Shown in pieces: positions 1 through 9,086 of a stretch of DNA of 64,000 nt. A model generated the notes under the pieces. The model worked only from the letters and a program-made list of their open reading frames with translations. It was not told the origin of the DNA and made no database searches. Within the stretch, counting starts at the first letter, position 1. Every line of letters begins with the position of its first letter. This DNA is from an uncultured Bacteroidota bacterium (lineage in GTDB: Bacteria > Bacteroidota > Bacteroidia > UBA7662 > CAMTUB01), in contig CAMTUB010000012.1 of assembly GCA_947084835.1 (NCBI GenBank), positions 4,387-68,386 of the forward strand, written 5' to 3'. A program made the translations under genes and the position numbers.

Positions 1-85
1 CCCTGAAGTTGTTTAATTGGTTAACAAAGATTAACAGGGAATTGTCATTGAAATTCGTAAATTGGCAAGATTTTTTAAACAAATA

Positions 86-2332
86 ATGAAGATATTTACT
101 TTTATTCTTGGGTTGTTTTTAATTAACAACCTAGCTACTGCTCAAGTAATTTCGATTTCGGATGCCCGAAATACAGCATTAGGTGCAACTGTTACTGTAA
201 AAGGTATAGTCACCAATGGTTCGGAATTTGGCGCAATCCGTTATATGCAAGATAATACTGCAGGTATTGCAGCTTATTCTACAACTCAACTAGCAACTGT
301 TAATAGGGGTGACAGTATTGAAATTACTGGAGTGTTAAAGAATTATAATAATTTATTGGAGTTAGACCCAGTTACTTCAGTTACTGTTATAAACTCTGGA
401 AACCCTTTACCACAACCCATTAACTTATCTTTAACATTAGGTTTTGTAGAGGCATATGAAAGTATGCTAGTACGTTTTGATAGCGTTAGCTTTGCATTAT
501 CTGGCAATTTTGCTGGTAATACAAATTATAATATTACGAAAGGTCTTGTTTCTAAGCAATTTAGAAGCGTTACTGGTACAAATCTTATTGGAACTCCAAT
601 TCCAATTGGTGTAACCAATATTTCTGGAATTATGAGCCAGTTTTCAACCACTTACCAATGTTTAGGAAGAGATTTGTTAGATTTAAATGTAGGAAGTGTA
701 TTGCCTATTTTTACTACTGATTTATTACAAACTGACATAACAGTTAACAGTTTTAAGGTAAGTTTTACTACCCAAAATGTTGGTACAACTATTTTACAAT
801 ACGGTTTAAGCCCAAGTACTTTAGGTGCACCAATTGTTATAAATAACTTAACAAAAAATCATCTGGTTCAATTAACTGGATTAAATCATACTACATTTTA
901 TTATTTGAAAGCGGCTTCGGTTAGTGCTACTGGAGATACTTCTTTTTCAGGAATTAGATTAATGAGCACAGCTTCGATTTCTTCAGGGTCAATTAAAGCT
1001 TACTTTAACAAACCCGTTAATAATGCCTATTCTCAAGGCCAAAATGCAGTATATTCCTATTTTGGGTTAGATGATACCATAATTAATTACATCAATAGAT
1101 CCGTTTCTACGTTGGATATTATGATGTATAATTGGAATAACTCAAACTTAAGTAGCATATCCAATGCGGTAAATGCAGCTTATACACGTGGCGTTGCTGT
1201 AAGAGTAATTTCTGATGGTGGTTCTACCAATGTAAGTATCAATTCATTAAATCCTGCAATTAAGGTGTTGAAATCACCAACAGCATTTCCAAATTATACC
1301 ATTATGCACAATAAAATTGTAATTATTGATGCAAATTCTCCCAATCCAAATGTTCCTTTAATTATAACTGGTTCAACTAATTGGACAGAAGGTCAGATGA
1401 ATACTGATCCTAATAATATGATGATATTACAAGATCAAGCAATTGCTAATGCATATACCATGGAATTTGAAGAAATGTGGGGAAGTAATACGTTGGTTCC
1501 AAATTCTGCACTTGCAAAGTTTGGTCAATTCAAAACAGACAACACACCTCACAAATTTATGGTTGCTGGTAAATTGGTTGAGGTTTATTTTAGCCCATCA
1601 GACAATACTGAACAAGCAATTATTAATGCAATAGGAACAGCAAATAAGGATATTGAAATTGCAGTTTTTCAATTTACTCGTACATCCATTGCAAATGAAA
1701 TCAAAAACAGAACTTTTGTTACTCCAACAGTTTTTGCTGGTGGAATTATAAACGATACTACAAATGCTTCAGCACCATTTTTAATTCTTAAAAACAACAC
1801 AAATGGAATGGGTGGTAATTTCTTTCTTAGTACTCAACCCGGAATTTTCCACCATAAGTATTGTATTATAGATCAGAACGATCCTTTCTCTGATCCTCAA
1901 GTTGTAACTGGGTCTCATAACTGGTCTTCTTCAGCAAACACAAAAAATGATGAAAATACGGTTATTGTACACGATGCTACCATGGCTAATGTATATTTTC
2001 AGGAGTGGGTAAAAAGATATACAGACCAAGGCGGTTCTGTTTTTTACACAGGAATTGGAAAAAATATAGAGGTAAAAGGAATGGTTGATCCAATTTATCC
2101 AAACCCTACAGAAAATTCAGCTACAATTAAAATGACCTTGGACAAACCAGAACTTGCAATCATTAATGTATTTGATATATTAGGAAAGCTAGTTGTAACA
2201 AAATCAATATCTGCAACCCAAGGAATAAATTTATTAAATATTCCAATTGAAAACTTAAATTCAGGTTTATACATGATTCAATTAAGTGTAAATAATTGGT
2301 CGAATACCCAAAAACTAAAGATTAGTAAATAA
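86..2332 (+). CDS. Secreted phospholipase-D-superfamily nuclease/phosphodiesterase. It has a signal peptide, an N-terminal OB-like domain, two HxKxxxxD (HKD) motifs and a C-terminal T9SS sorting domain. The ORF track begins at a TTG at 62; the ATG at 86 (MKIFTFILG...) is the more likely start.
   Basis: Signal peptide MKIFTFILGLFLINNLATAQ. HKD motifs MHNKIVIID and HHKYCIID are followed by GSHNWS. The last ~75 aa (IYPNPTENSATIKMTLDK...LYMIQLSVNNWSNTQKLKISK) match the T9SS CTD pattern. Confidence 0.75.
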   Translation: MKIFTFILGLFLINNLATAQVISISDARNTALGATVTVKGIVTNGSEFGAIRYMQDNTAGIAAYSTTQLATVNRGDSIEITGVLKNYNNLLELDPVTSVTVINSGNPLPQPINLSLTLGFVEAYESMLVRFDSVSFALSGNFAGNTNYNITKGLVSKQFRSVTGTNLIGTPIPIGVTNISGIMSQFSTTYQCLGRDLLDLNVGSVLPIFTTDLLQTDITVNSFKVSFTTQNVGTTILQYGLSPSTLGAPIVINNLTKNHLVQLTGLNHTTFYYLKAASVSATGDTSFSGIRLMSTASISSGSIKAYFNKPVNNAYSQGQNAVYSYFGLDDTIINYINRSVSTLDIMMYNWNNSNLSSISNAVNAAYTRGVAVRVISDGGSTNVSINSLNPAIKVLKSPTAFPNYTIMHNKIVIIDANSPNPNVPLIITGSTNWTEGQMNTDPNNMMILQDQAIANAYTMEFEEMWGSNTLVPNSALAKFGQFKTDNTPHKFMVAGKLVEVYFSPSDNTEQAIINAIGTANKDIEIAVFQFTRTSIANEIKNRTFVTPTVFAGGIINDTTNASAPFLILKNNTNGMGGNFFLSTQPGIFHHKYCIIDQNDPFSDPQVVTGSHNWSSSANTKNDENTVIVHDATMANVYFQEWVKRYTDQGGSVFYTGIGKNIEVKGMVDPIYPNPTENSATIKMTLDKPELAIINVFDILGKLVVTKSISATQGINLLNIPIENLNSGLYMIQLSVNNWSNTQKLKISK

Positions 2333-2350
2333 ATCTAATTGTAATTGGAT

Positions 2351-2381
2351 AAAAAAAGGGCGAATTTTTCGCCCTTTTTTA
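2351..2381. terminator. Bidirectional rho-independent terminator between convergent genes
   Basis: The sequence is AAAAAAAGGGCGAATTTTTCGCCCTTTTTT: a GC stem (GGGCGAA/TTCGCCC) with an A-tract on one side and a T-tract on the other. Confidence 0.7.
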
Positions 2382-2675
2382 TGATCTAAACCATTTTTTA
2401 TCAGCCATAAATGTCCCAAATGGCAATAAAGATGCAATTAATGCTCCTATTGTTATGGGCAAATTCCAAGTTTTTTCTTTTCTAACTAATAAAACTAGAA
2501 TACAATAGGTTACAAATAGCACACCATGAGCCATACCAACATGTTTAGTTGGTTCAGGGATTGAATAAATGTACTTTAATGGAACGCAAATCCCTAAAAG
2601 TATTAAATAACTTAAGCCTTCAAGAAATCCAATAATGCGAAGTGGTTTTATAAAACTTATCATAATAGGGTTCAA
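2379..2675 (-). CDS. DUF3817-family small membrane protein
   Basis: 98 aa with 3 TM segments. It has the characteristic LEGxSxLxLL...PLKY...HGVLFxxYC...LLPFGxF pattern. Confidence 0.75.
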   Translation of the reverse strand: MNPIMISFIKPLRIIGFLEGLSYLILLGICVPLKYIYSIPEPTKHVGMAHGVLFVTYCILVLLVRKEKTWNLPITIGALIASLLPFGTFMADKKWFRS

Positions 2676-2732
2676 ATGTAACTAGTAGTATCGTTAATGT
2701 TAAATTTGAATTAAATGGAAATATTAATAAAA

Positions 2733-3206
2733 TTAAAGAATCCAATTTTTAAATGGATTTTCGAATAAATTACTATTTAAATATTTTGGACTGCTGGTGA
2801 TATTTTCTCCTATCCAGCCTGGTTTTATATAATTATGATTTTCAAAAGGAAGTTCTATTTCAGCAACAATTAAACCTTCGTTTTCACCCTCAAATACATC
2901 CACTTCCCAAGTATTATTTTCAAACAAAAGGGTATATCTTGTTTTAATTATTTTATTTTTATTTATAGAAAATAATAACTCTTCTGCGTCCAAATACGGT
3001 ATTTCATATTCATATTCATTTCGAATACTTTCACTGATTTTTGATTTTATGGTTAAAAAGCCGTTTTCATTTTTCAGCCTTATACGAACAGATTTTATTT
3101 TATCATCAAACAAATAACCTTGTTGTATTTTTTCAATATTTACTGGTTCAATTTCTTTCCAATTTTGATTAATAACCAAGTATTTGTGTTCAATTTCTAA
3201 CGGCAT
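2733..3206 (-). CDS. CYTH-domain protein (CyaB-like class IV adenylyl cyclase / triphosphate tunnel metalloenzyme)
   Basis: The N-terminal MPLEIEHKYLV is an ExExK signature, and the length is ~157 aa. Confidence 0.75.
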   Translation of the reverse strand: MPLEIEHKYLVINQNWKEIEPVNIEKIQQGYLFDDKIKSVRIRLKNENGFLTIKSKISESIRNEYEYEIPYLDAEELLFSINKNKIIKTRYTLLFENNTWEVDVFEGENEGLIVAEIELPFENHNYIKPGWIGENITSSPKYLNSNLFENPFKNWIL

Positions 3207-3247
3207 AGTATAAAAAAGGTCGCTTTTTGCGACCTTTAAATTGTTAA

Positions 3248-3685
3248 TTATTTATTTGGATTTTCATCGCAATTTACCATCCAGTGAATGCCAAATTTAT
3301 CGGTAAACATCCCCAAAAATGCACCCCAAAATGTCTTGTCCAACGGCATTTTAATGGTACCTCCTTCAGATAGTTCATTAAAAATTCGAGTAGATTCTTC
3401 AACCGAGTTTGAATTGATTGATAATGATATGTTGTTACCAAAGTTGGTTGCTTTGCCAAAAGCTTCTGAAGAGTCACTTCCCATTAAGATAGTTTCATTG
3501 CTAATTGGTAAAGAAATGTGCATGATTTTTTCGTCTTCGCTTTCTGGCATTGGGTGATTAGGGTCAGCTGGCATATCTTTGTATCTCCCAACAAATTGGA
3601 ATTCACCACCAAATACTTTCTGATAAAAAGTAAAGGCCTCTTCGCAATTGCCATTAAAGGTTAAATAAGGATTGATGCTTGTCAT
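3248..3685 (-). CDS. VOC/glyoxalase-superfamily protein (PhnB-like; 3-demethylubiquinone-9 3-methyltransferase-like domain)
   Basis: MTSINPYLTFNGNCEEAFTFYQKVFGG is a typical PhnB N-terminus; 145 aa. Confidence 0.75.
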   Translation of the reverse strand: MTSINPYLTFNGNCEEAFTFYQKVFGGEFQFVGRYKDMPADPNHPMPESEDEKIMHISLPISNETILMGSDSSEAFGKATNFGNNISLSINSNSVEESTRIFNELSEGGTIKMPLDKTFWGAFLGMFTDKFGIHWMVNCDENPNK

Positions 3686-3695
3686 ATAGTTTAGG

Positions 3696-4289
3696 TTATT
3701 TGTATTTATCGTTTAATCCAATATCATTTTGTATTAGATTTTTAATCTGTTGCAATCTTTTGGATTTTGTAACTTCTCGTTTTGCCTCGTTATAATACTC
3801 AACAAATTCTCTTTTTTTAGTTAAACCAAGTAAGTTGTACTTTTCAAAAGTTAAAATATCCTCTTTTAAGTAGGCAATAAAAGCATCCTGTTCGAGAAGC
3901 GGTTTTACCTTGTTAAAGGTAAAAATATTTCCTTTTTTTTGATTTTCAACAGCTTCTAATAAATATTGCTGAATTGTATCTATTGAGTTTTCAATTTCTT
4001 CAATATTTGAAAATCGCCATTGGCGCATTGCTTTTGTTACACCTTCCTGAGCATTAATTAGAACGTGGTTTTTATCTAAAAGTGTGGCTCCATTAAAGAA
4101 CCAAAGTCCAACATATGATTTAAATGCTGAGATGCCAACGATGTTTTTATGATTAAAAGTATAAACAGGTGAACCCCATTTAATAGTTTCAGTTAATTGG
4201 GGTAGTAATATTAGCTCACGGAGCAGTATTAGTTCTTGTTCCCAAGTCTGATTTTTTTGGATATAGTCTGTTACAGAATCATTTTGCAT
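3696..4289 (-). CDS. DUF1801 (YdhG/YdeI-like) domain protein
   Basis: 197 aa with the motif ...TIKWGSPVYTF...GISAFKSYVGLWFF.... Confidence 0.5.
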   Translation of the reverse strand: MQNDSVTDYIQKNQTWEQELILLRELILLPQLTETIKWGSPVYTFNHKNIVGISAFKSYVGLWFFNGATLLDKNHVLINAQEGVTKAMRQWRFSNIEEIENSIDTIQQYLLEAVENQKKGNIFTFNKVKPLLEQDAFIAYLKEDILTFEKYNLLGLTKKREFVEYYNEAKREVTKSKRLQQIKNLIQNDIGLNDKYK

Positions 4290-4309
4290 AATAATGCTGG
4301 CTATATTAA

Positions 4310-4340
4310 ATTAAAAAGGCTCGTTAAATAACGAGCCTTT
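4310..4340 (-). terminator. Rho-independent terminator downstream of the cold-shock gene
   Basis: Hairpin GGCTCGTT-aaat-AACGAGCC at 4317-4336, followed by a T-run on the minus strand. Confidence 0.6.
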
Positions 4341-4370
4341 GAAAATCGGTTTAAATATCTTAACTAAATG

Positions 4371-4562
4371 TTAAACAGTTCTAACATTTACTGCATTCAT
4401 TCCTTTTTTTCCTTCTTTTAATTCAAATTCAACGTCATCACCTTCATTAATCTTGTTGGTTAAACCAGATACATGAACGAAATACTCTTGTTTTGAACTC
4501 TCATCAATTACAAAACCAAATCCTTTGGTCTCGTTGAAGAATTTTACTGTGCCCTTGTGCAT
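4371..4562 (-). CDS. Cold-shock protein (CspA family, single CSD)
   Basis: MHKGTVKFFNETKGFGFV...FVHVSGL carries the RNP1/RNP2 motifs; 63 aa. Confidence 0.9.
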   Translation of the reverse strand: MHKGTVKFFNETKGFGFVIDESSKQEYFVHVSGLTNKINEGDDVEFELKEGKKGMNAVNVRTV

Positions 4563-4669
4563 TATTAATAAACTAAATAGAATACAAATATAGGAAACGG
4601 ATTTGAGATAAAAAAATTTTTAGTCAAAAAAAGCAAACTTAGACCCTTTTGTTAAAGCATTTTTAAAAA

Positions 4670-5635
4670 TTATGTAAGATTTCTTATTGATTTTCCTAGG
4701 TTTTCCCATTCATTTATATTGGAAAATGTAGTTTTTGCTATTTCAGAAAGCGCATTTTGGGTTAAAAAGGCCTGATGCCCAGTAATTAGTACTCTTCTAT
4801 GGTTTCTTAGTTTTTCGAAAAGTGGGTCGGTAATATTTTCATCTTTATGGTTTTTAATGAAAATGCTTTTTTCATTTTCCTAAACGTCTAATCCAGCCAT
4901 GGAAATTATGTTTGAATCTAGAGCATTTAGCAACGATTGAGTATGTATTATTCCTCCTCTAGCTGTGTTTATTATTATTGCTCCCTTTTTAATAATTGAA
5001 AACTTACTTTCATTAAACAGATGTTTTGTAGAAGCGTTTAATGGGCAATGGATTGAGATAATATCCGATTTTCTGCAAATTTCTTCAAAAGTTGTATAGC
5101 TAAAATCTGAAAATTCACTTTCAAGTTGGTGATTTGGGTTAACATCAAATGCAAGAACTTTGCAGCCAAACCCATTCATTATTTTTGAAAAAACAAATCC
5201 AATTTTTTCTGTTCCAATAACACCTACCGTCTTTTTATGTAAATCAAACCCAATCAAATTATCCAATTCAAAATTATTTTCAGCCATTAGCTTTTGACTA
5301 AGCATTATTTGGCGATTTAAGGTCAAAAGTAACGTTATAGCATGTTTAGCAATAGAATATGGCTAATATTCTGGAACGTTGGCAACTTGTATTCCAAGTG
5401 CTTTTGCTTTTTCTATATCAACATGATCAAAGCCAGCAGATCTCAATGCAATGTGTTTGATTTTAAAAGCGTAGAGTTTGTCTAAAAAGGCAGCATCGCA
5501 ATGGTCTGAAGTAAAAAGTGCAATTAATTCAAAGCTTTTTGCTAAATCAACCGTGACTATATTTAGTGCTTTTCTGTAAAGACTACTTCGTGTTTTTCAC
5601 TGTTTTCACGAATCAAATATGGTTTTCAAAATCAT
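4670..5635 (-). pseudogene. D-isomer-specific 2-hydroxyacid dehydrogenase (D-lactate dehydrogenase-like), inactivated by four in-frame nonsense codons. A single reading frame is maintained across ~322 codons.
   Basis: Hand translation of the minus strand gives MILKTIFDS*KQ*KTRSSLYRKALNIVTVD...HIALRSAGFDHVDIEKAKALGIQVANVPEY*PYSIAKHAITLLLTLNRQ...VGVIGTEKIG...ARGGII...MAGLDV*ENEKSIFIKNH...LITGHQAFLTQ...SIRNLT*. The NAD-binding GxGxxG motif and the catalytic-domain motifs are present. The internal stops are TGA at 5606-5608, TGA at 5597-5599, TAG at 5363-5365 and TAG at 4880-4882. Confidence 0.8.
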
Positions 5636-5656
5636 GTTAGCTATAGATTAAAGTTT

Positions 5657-6328
5657 TCATTTATTTCGTTCTCCAAAAATTGCTGATCCAATACGCACTA
5701 TTGTACTTCCATTATCAATGGCGATTTTATAATCGCTTGTCATGCCGATGGATAGTTGATTAAATGACTCATTATCATTGAATTGATTTCTTTTTAAATC
5801 AATAAATAACGCGTTAATCGTTGAATATTCAGATTGTATTATCTCTGTATTCTCAGAAAAACTAGCCATTCCCATCAATCCTATTAACTTAACATTCGAA
5901 TAATTTGAGGCATTGTAATAGGAGACAAATTCTAGTAATTCATTTTTGTCCATTCCGAATTTGGTGTCTTCATTTGCTATATGAACTTGAGCTAAAATTG
6001 AAATTAAACGGTTGTTTTTTAGCGCTTCTTTTTGAATAGAATCTAAAAGTTTTATAGAATCAACTGCATGGATCGTATGCACAAAAGGAGCTATAAACTT
6101 GACCTTATTTGATTGCAAGTGGCCAATAAAATGCCATTCTATAGCTTTTGGTAAATTATCGTATTTAGCGCACATTTCTTGAACGTAATTCTCTCCAAAA
6201 GCAATTTGTCCAGCTTCAAACGCTTCAATGATTGATTCATTTGACTGTAATTTGCTTACTGCTACCAGTTTAGCACCGCTAAATTTAATTTCTGTATTAA
6301 TTCTTCTAATATTGGTGGTTATACTCAT
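5657..6328 (-). CDS. yggS: YggS-family pyridoxal-phosphate homeostasis protein (alanine racemase N-terminal fold)
   Basis: 223 aa with ...KLVAVSKLQ...GENYVQE...HFIGHLQSNK.... Confidence 0.85.
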   Translation of the reverse strand: MSITTNIRRINTEIKFSGAKLVAVSKLQSNESIIEAFEAGQIAFGENYVQEMCAKYDNLPKAIEWHFIGHLQSNKVKFIAPFVHTIHAVDSIKLLDSIQKEALKNNRLISILAQVHIANEDTKFGMDKNELLEFVSYYNASNYSNVKLIGLMGMASFSENTEIIQSEYSTINALFIDLKRNQFNDNESFNQLSIGMTSDYKIAIDNGSTIVRIGSAIFGERNK

Positions 6329-6346
6329 TGAAAGTACCTTTGTAAT

Positions 6347-6709
6347 GTGATTTATAATATTACAAAAGTAGTTGCTTTGACTTGCTGTTTTTATGCTTGT
6401 GGTCTTAGTAATGAAAAAGAAATCAACTCAGAGATCCATTATCTAAGCCAATCAAAAATGGTAGAGATTTTAGTTGATTTAAACGTTTTAGAATCTTGGC
6501 ATACCTATATTCAAACAAATTTTCCATCAGATTCGTTAAATTCTCCTGTTTTGAAAGGATATTATCTCGATATCATGAAAAATAAAGAGGTTACCTATGA
6601 CAGTTTTAGACAAAGTCTATCGTATTATCAATCTCAAAAACCTGAGCAGTACAATCAGATTCTTGATAGTGTAAATGTAAAAATTGGTGAGCTACTCATT
6701 AGTAAGTAA
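6347..6709 (+). CDS. DUF4296 lipoprotein (GTG start)
   Basis: Lipoprotein-type signal with Cys (VALTCCFYAC). The DUF4296-like core is ...SKMVEILVDLNVLESW.... It lies only 18 bp from the divergent yggS start. Confidence 0.55.
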   Translation: MIYNITKVVALTCCFYACGLSNEKEINSEIHYLSQSKMVEILVDLNVLESWHTYIQTNFPSDSLNSPVLKGYYLDIMKNKEVTYDSFRQSLSYYQSQKPEQYNQILDSVNVKIGELLISK

Positions 6710-9086
6710 TGCAAGGGTTTACCCTTCAAATCTTGAACAAAAGCTAGAGTTAGATAAAGTAAAAGGTCTAATAAAGCGATATTGCAATGGTGTTTTGTCT
6801 TCAGAATCGGTCGATCAACTTATGCCACTTGCAAAATTTAAAGACGTTTTTGAAAAGCAAGAAGAAATTCGAGAATGTTTGGGTTTGTATTTATCTGCAA
6901 AAGTTTTTCCAGTTACCAGAATTCCCGATTTGCCTTCATTTATCCAAAAATTAAAAATCGAAGGTTCGGTACTAACTGAAGAAGAAATTGTAGCCATATT
7001 AAAAATTCTAGTTCAGTATTTTGAACTAACCAATTTTATAAAAAATCACGAACAGCAGCTGCCAATCCTGTTTTTAAAAATCAAAAATAGTCCAGCAGAG
7101 AAAAGCCTAATTGATAAAATAAACAGAGTAATTGGCGAAGATGGGAAAGTTAGATCCAATGCAACAAAGGAACTTCAACAGCTTTCTACGCTTTTAGGGA
7201 ATCAACAAGTTCAGACTAGAAAAAGGCTAGAATCAATTTTGCGTGATGCAAAAAATAAAGGTTGGTCGCCCGATACAGGCATTACAATTCGTGAAAATAG
7301 GTTGGTAATTCCAATTTTAGCCGAATATAAACGAAAAATCAAGGGCATTATCCACGATGAATCGGCAAGTGGACAAACTGTTTATTTAGAACCTACTGAA
7401 GTTGTAGACTTAAATAATGATTTATTAAATACAGAAATGGCGATTTTGCGTGAAATCAGAAGAATTTTGCTGGTTTTAACTTCTGAAATTGCACCTTATG
7501 CAGAACCCATTTCACAAACGTACGAATTGGTATCATACCTAGATTTTATGCATGCCATCTGCATGTATAGCTTAGATATCGAAGCTAATTGCCCTCGAGT
7601 AAGTAAAATTGATACCGTGAATTTATTAGGAGCAAGGCATCCTATTTTATATTCTCATCTACGCAAACAAAAAAGAAAAACCATTCCATTAAACTTAGAA
7701 TTATCAGCAACAGAACGGATTTTAGTAATTTCTGGCCCAAATGCGGGTGGTAAATCTATTGCTATGAAAACAATGGGATTATTACAACTGATGTTTCAAT
7801 GTGGTTTGCCTATTTCTGCAAGTCCAGATTCTGAATTGCCTGTTTATGAGCATTTTATGGCTGATATTGGCGATGAGCAATCCATAGAAAACGATTTAAG
7901 TACTTATAGCTCGCATTTAACGCATATGCGCTATTTTTTAGAAAACGCAAATCCACAATCCTTGTTTTTGGTGGATGAGTTTGGAACAGGAACCGATCCA
8001 CAAATGGGTGGTCCAATTGCGGAAGCGATTCTTGAACAGCTAAGCTTATCGGGGGCAAGGGGAACTGTTAATACCCATTATTCGAATCTGAAATTATTTG
8101 CAGGCACGCACAAAGGCGTTGTAAATGGATGTATGTTATTCGATACTGAAAAACTAAGTCCATTATTTATGTTGGAAAAGGGAAGGCCTGGAAGTTCCTA
8201 TGCCTTTGAAATTGGTAGAAAAATCGGGCTTAGCAGCACATTGTTAGATAAGGCTCGTTCTAAAATGGATCATTCATTGCAAGATTTTGAAAATCTGTTA
8301 ATTGCAACCGATAAACAAAAGTCAGAAAATGAAGGTTTGCAGCATCTTTTATTATCCAAAGATTTAATTTTAAACGAGGTAATTGAAAAATACGAAAAAC
8401 AAAGTTTAGAACTCGAAAATTCAAAAAGACAAATCTTAGCAAAAGCGAAAGAGCAAGCAAATGCTGTAATTCTAAAAGCAAATCAACAAGTACAGGAATT
8501 GTTGAAACAAATTAAGACAACACAAAAGGTAGATGTTGTTTCGCCAAAAGTGGTTTTAAAACAAATTCAAACTGAAGTAGACACACATTTTGAAAGCAAG
8601 CGCCCTGAAGTTAAAAAAAATGAGGATTTACCTCTGAAAGTGGGAGATTATGTTCGGATTTTAAATGGAAAAAACAAAGGCATTGTGCAGATTATTCGTG
8701 GAAAACAAGCCTTGGTTGAAAGCGAAGATCTGAAAATTTGGATAAAAACCGATGAGCTTGAAAAACTACAACAACAGCCATCTAAAAATCAAAGTAAAGC
8801 TGGAAATGCCCAGCAAAAAATTGCTGAAACGCAAACCGAATTTTCTTCAAATTTGGATTTAAGAGGAAAAAGGGGAGAAGAAGCAATTTTTGAAATGGAA
8901 AAAGTACTTGATCAAGCCGTAATTACCGGAATTTCAGAAATACGAGTATTACATGGCAAAGGCGATGGTATTTTACGCAAGTTAATTCGTGAATACCTGC
9001 GTGGATATCCCTATTTTTCAAATTTCAGAAGTGAACATGCAGATTTAGGTGGAGATGGAATTACCATCGTAACTTTAAAAAGCTAG
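6684..9086 (+). CDS. mutS2: Endonuclease MutS2 (MutS domain V ATPase plus C-terminal Smr domain). The start is an uncertain TTG or GTG overlapping the upstream gene.
   Basis: Walker A GPNAGGKS and the motif DEFGTGTDP are present. The C-terminal Smr domain reads LDLRGKRGEEA...IRVLHGKGDGILR. Confidence 0.9.
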   Translation: MVSYSLVSNARVYPSNLEQKLELDKVKGLIKRYCNGVLSSESVDQLMPLAKFKDVFEKQEEIRECLGLYLSAKVFPVTRIPDLPSFIQKLKIEGSVLTEEEIVAILKILVQYFELTNFIKNHEQQLPILFLKIKNSPAEKSLIDKINRVIGEDGKVRSNATKELQQLSTLLGNQQVQTRKRLESILRDAKNKGWSPDTGITIRENRLVIPILAEYKRKIKGIIHDESASGQTVYLEPTEVVDLNNDLLNTEMAILREIRRILLVLTSEIAPYAEPISQTYELVSYLDFMHAICMYSLDIEANCPRVSKIDTVNLLGARHPILYSHLRKQKRKTIPLNLELSATERILVISGPNAGGKSIAMKTMGLLQLMFQCGLPISASPDSELPVYEHFMADIGDEQSIENDLSTYSSHLTHMRYFLENANPQSLFLVDEFGTGTDPQMGGPIAEAILEQLSLSGARGTVNTHYSNLKLFAGTHKGVVNGCMLFDTEKLSPLFMLEKGRPGSSYAFEIGRKIGLSSTLLDKARSKMDHSLQDFENLLIATDKQKSENEGLQHLLLSKDLILNEVIEKYEKQSLELENSKRQILAKAKEQANAVILKANQQVQELLKQIKTTQKVDVVSPKVVLKQIQTEVDTHFESKRPEVKKNEDLPLKVGDYVRILNGKNKGIVQIIRGKQALVESEDLKIWIKTDELEKLQQQPSKNQSKAGNAQQKIAETQTEFSSNLDLRGKRGEEAIFEMEKVLDQAVITGISEIRVLHGKGDGILRKLIREYLRGYPYFSNFRSEHADLGGDGITIVTLKS

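Noticed and set aside
1443-1634. Small nested or antisense ORFs from the six-frame track (e.g. 1443..1634, 3274..3477, 3288..3557, 6815..6997, 7855..8058, 8260..8481, 12371..12553, 13904..14167, 14366..14551, 14708..14968, 15516..15725, 17668..18075, 17707..17946, 19127..19321, 19498..19782, 19846..20034, 20600..20836, 21950..22177, 22500..22778, 23467..23718, 26449..26709, 26706..26894, 28059..28241, 29180..29380, 31283..31489, 31989..32180, 33309..33497, 34767..34985, 35882..36073, 36781..37068, 38442..38756, 40146..40586, 41571..41909, 42675..43049, 45594..45886, 46532..46747, 48409..48639, 57295..57504, 57604..57813, 61315..61587, 62143..62352)
   Set aside because: All lie inside or antisense to long, well-conserved genes. 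They have low-complexity translations and no recognisable motifs, so they are random ORFs in A+T-rich DNA.
4880-5608. In-frame TAG/TGA codons in the dehydrogenase gene as evidence of stop-codon reassignment or programmed readthrough
   Set aside because: TAG terminates mutS2 (9084-9086) and hemH (9083-9085) exactly at their conserved C-termini. TGA terminates the histidine kinase (10789-10791). TAA terminates most other genes. Standard code 11 therefore applies, and the gene is a pseudogene.
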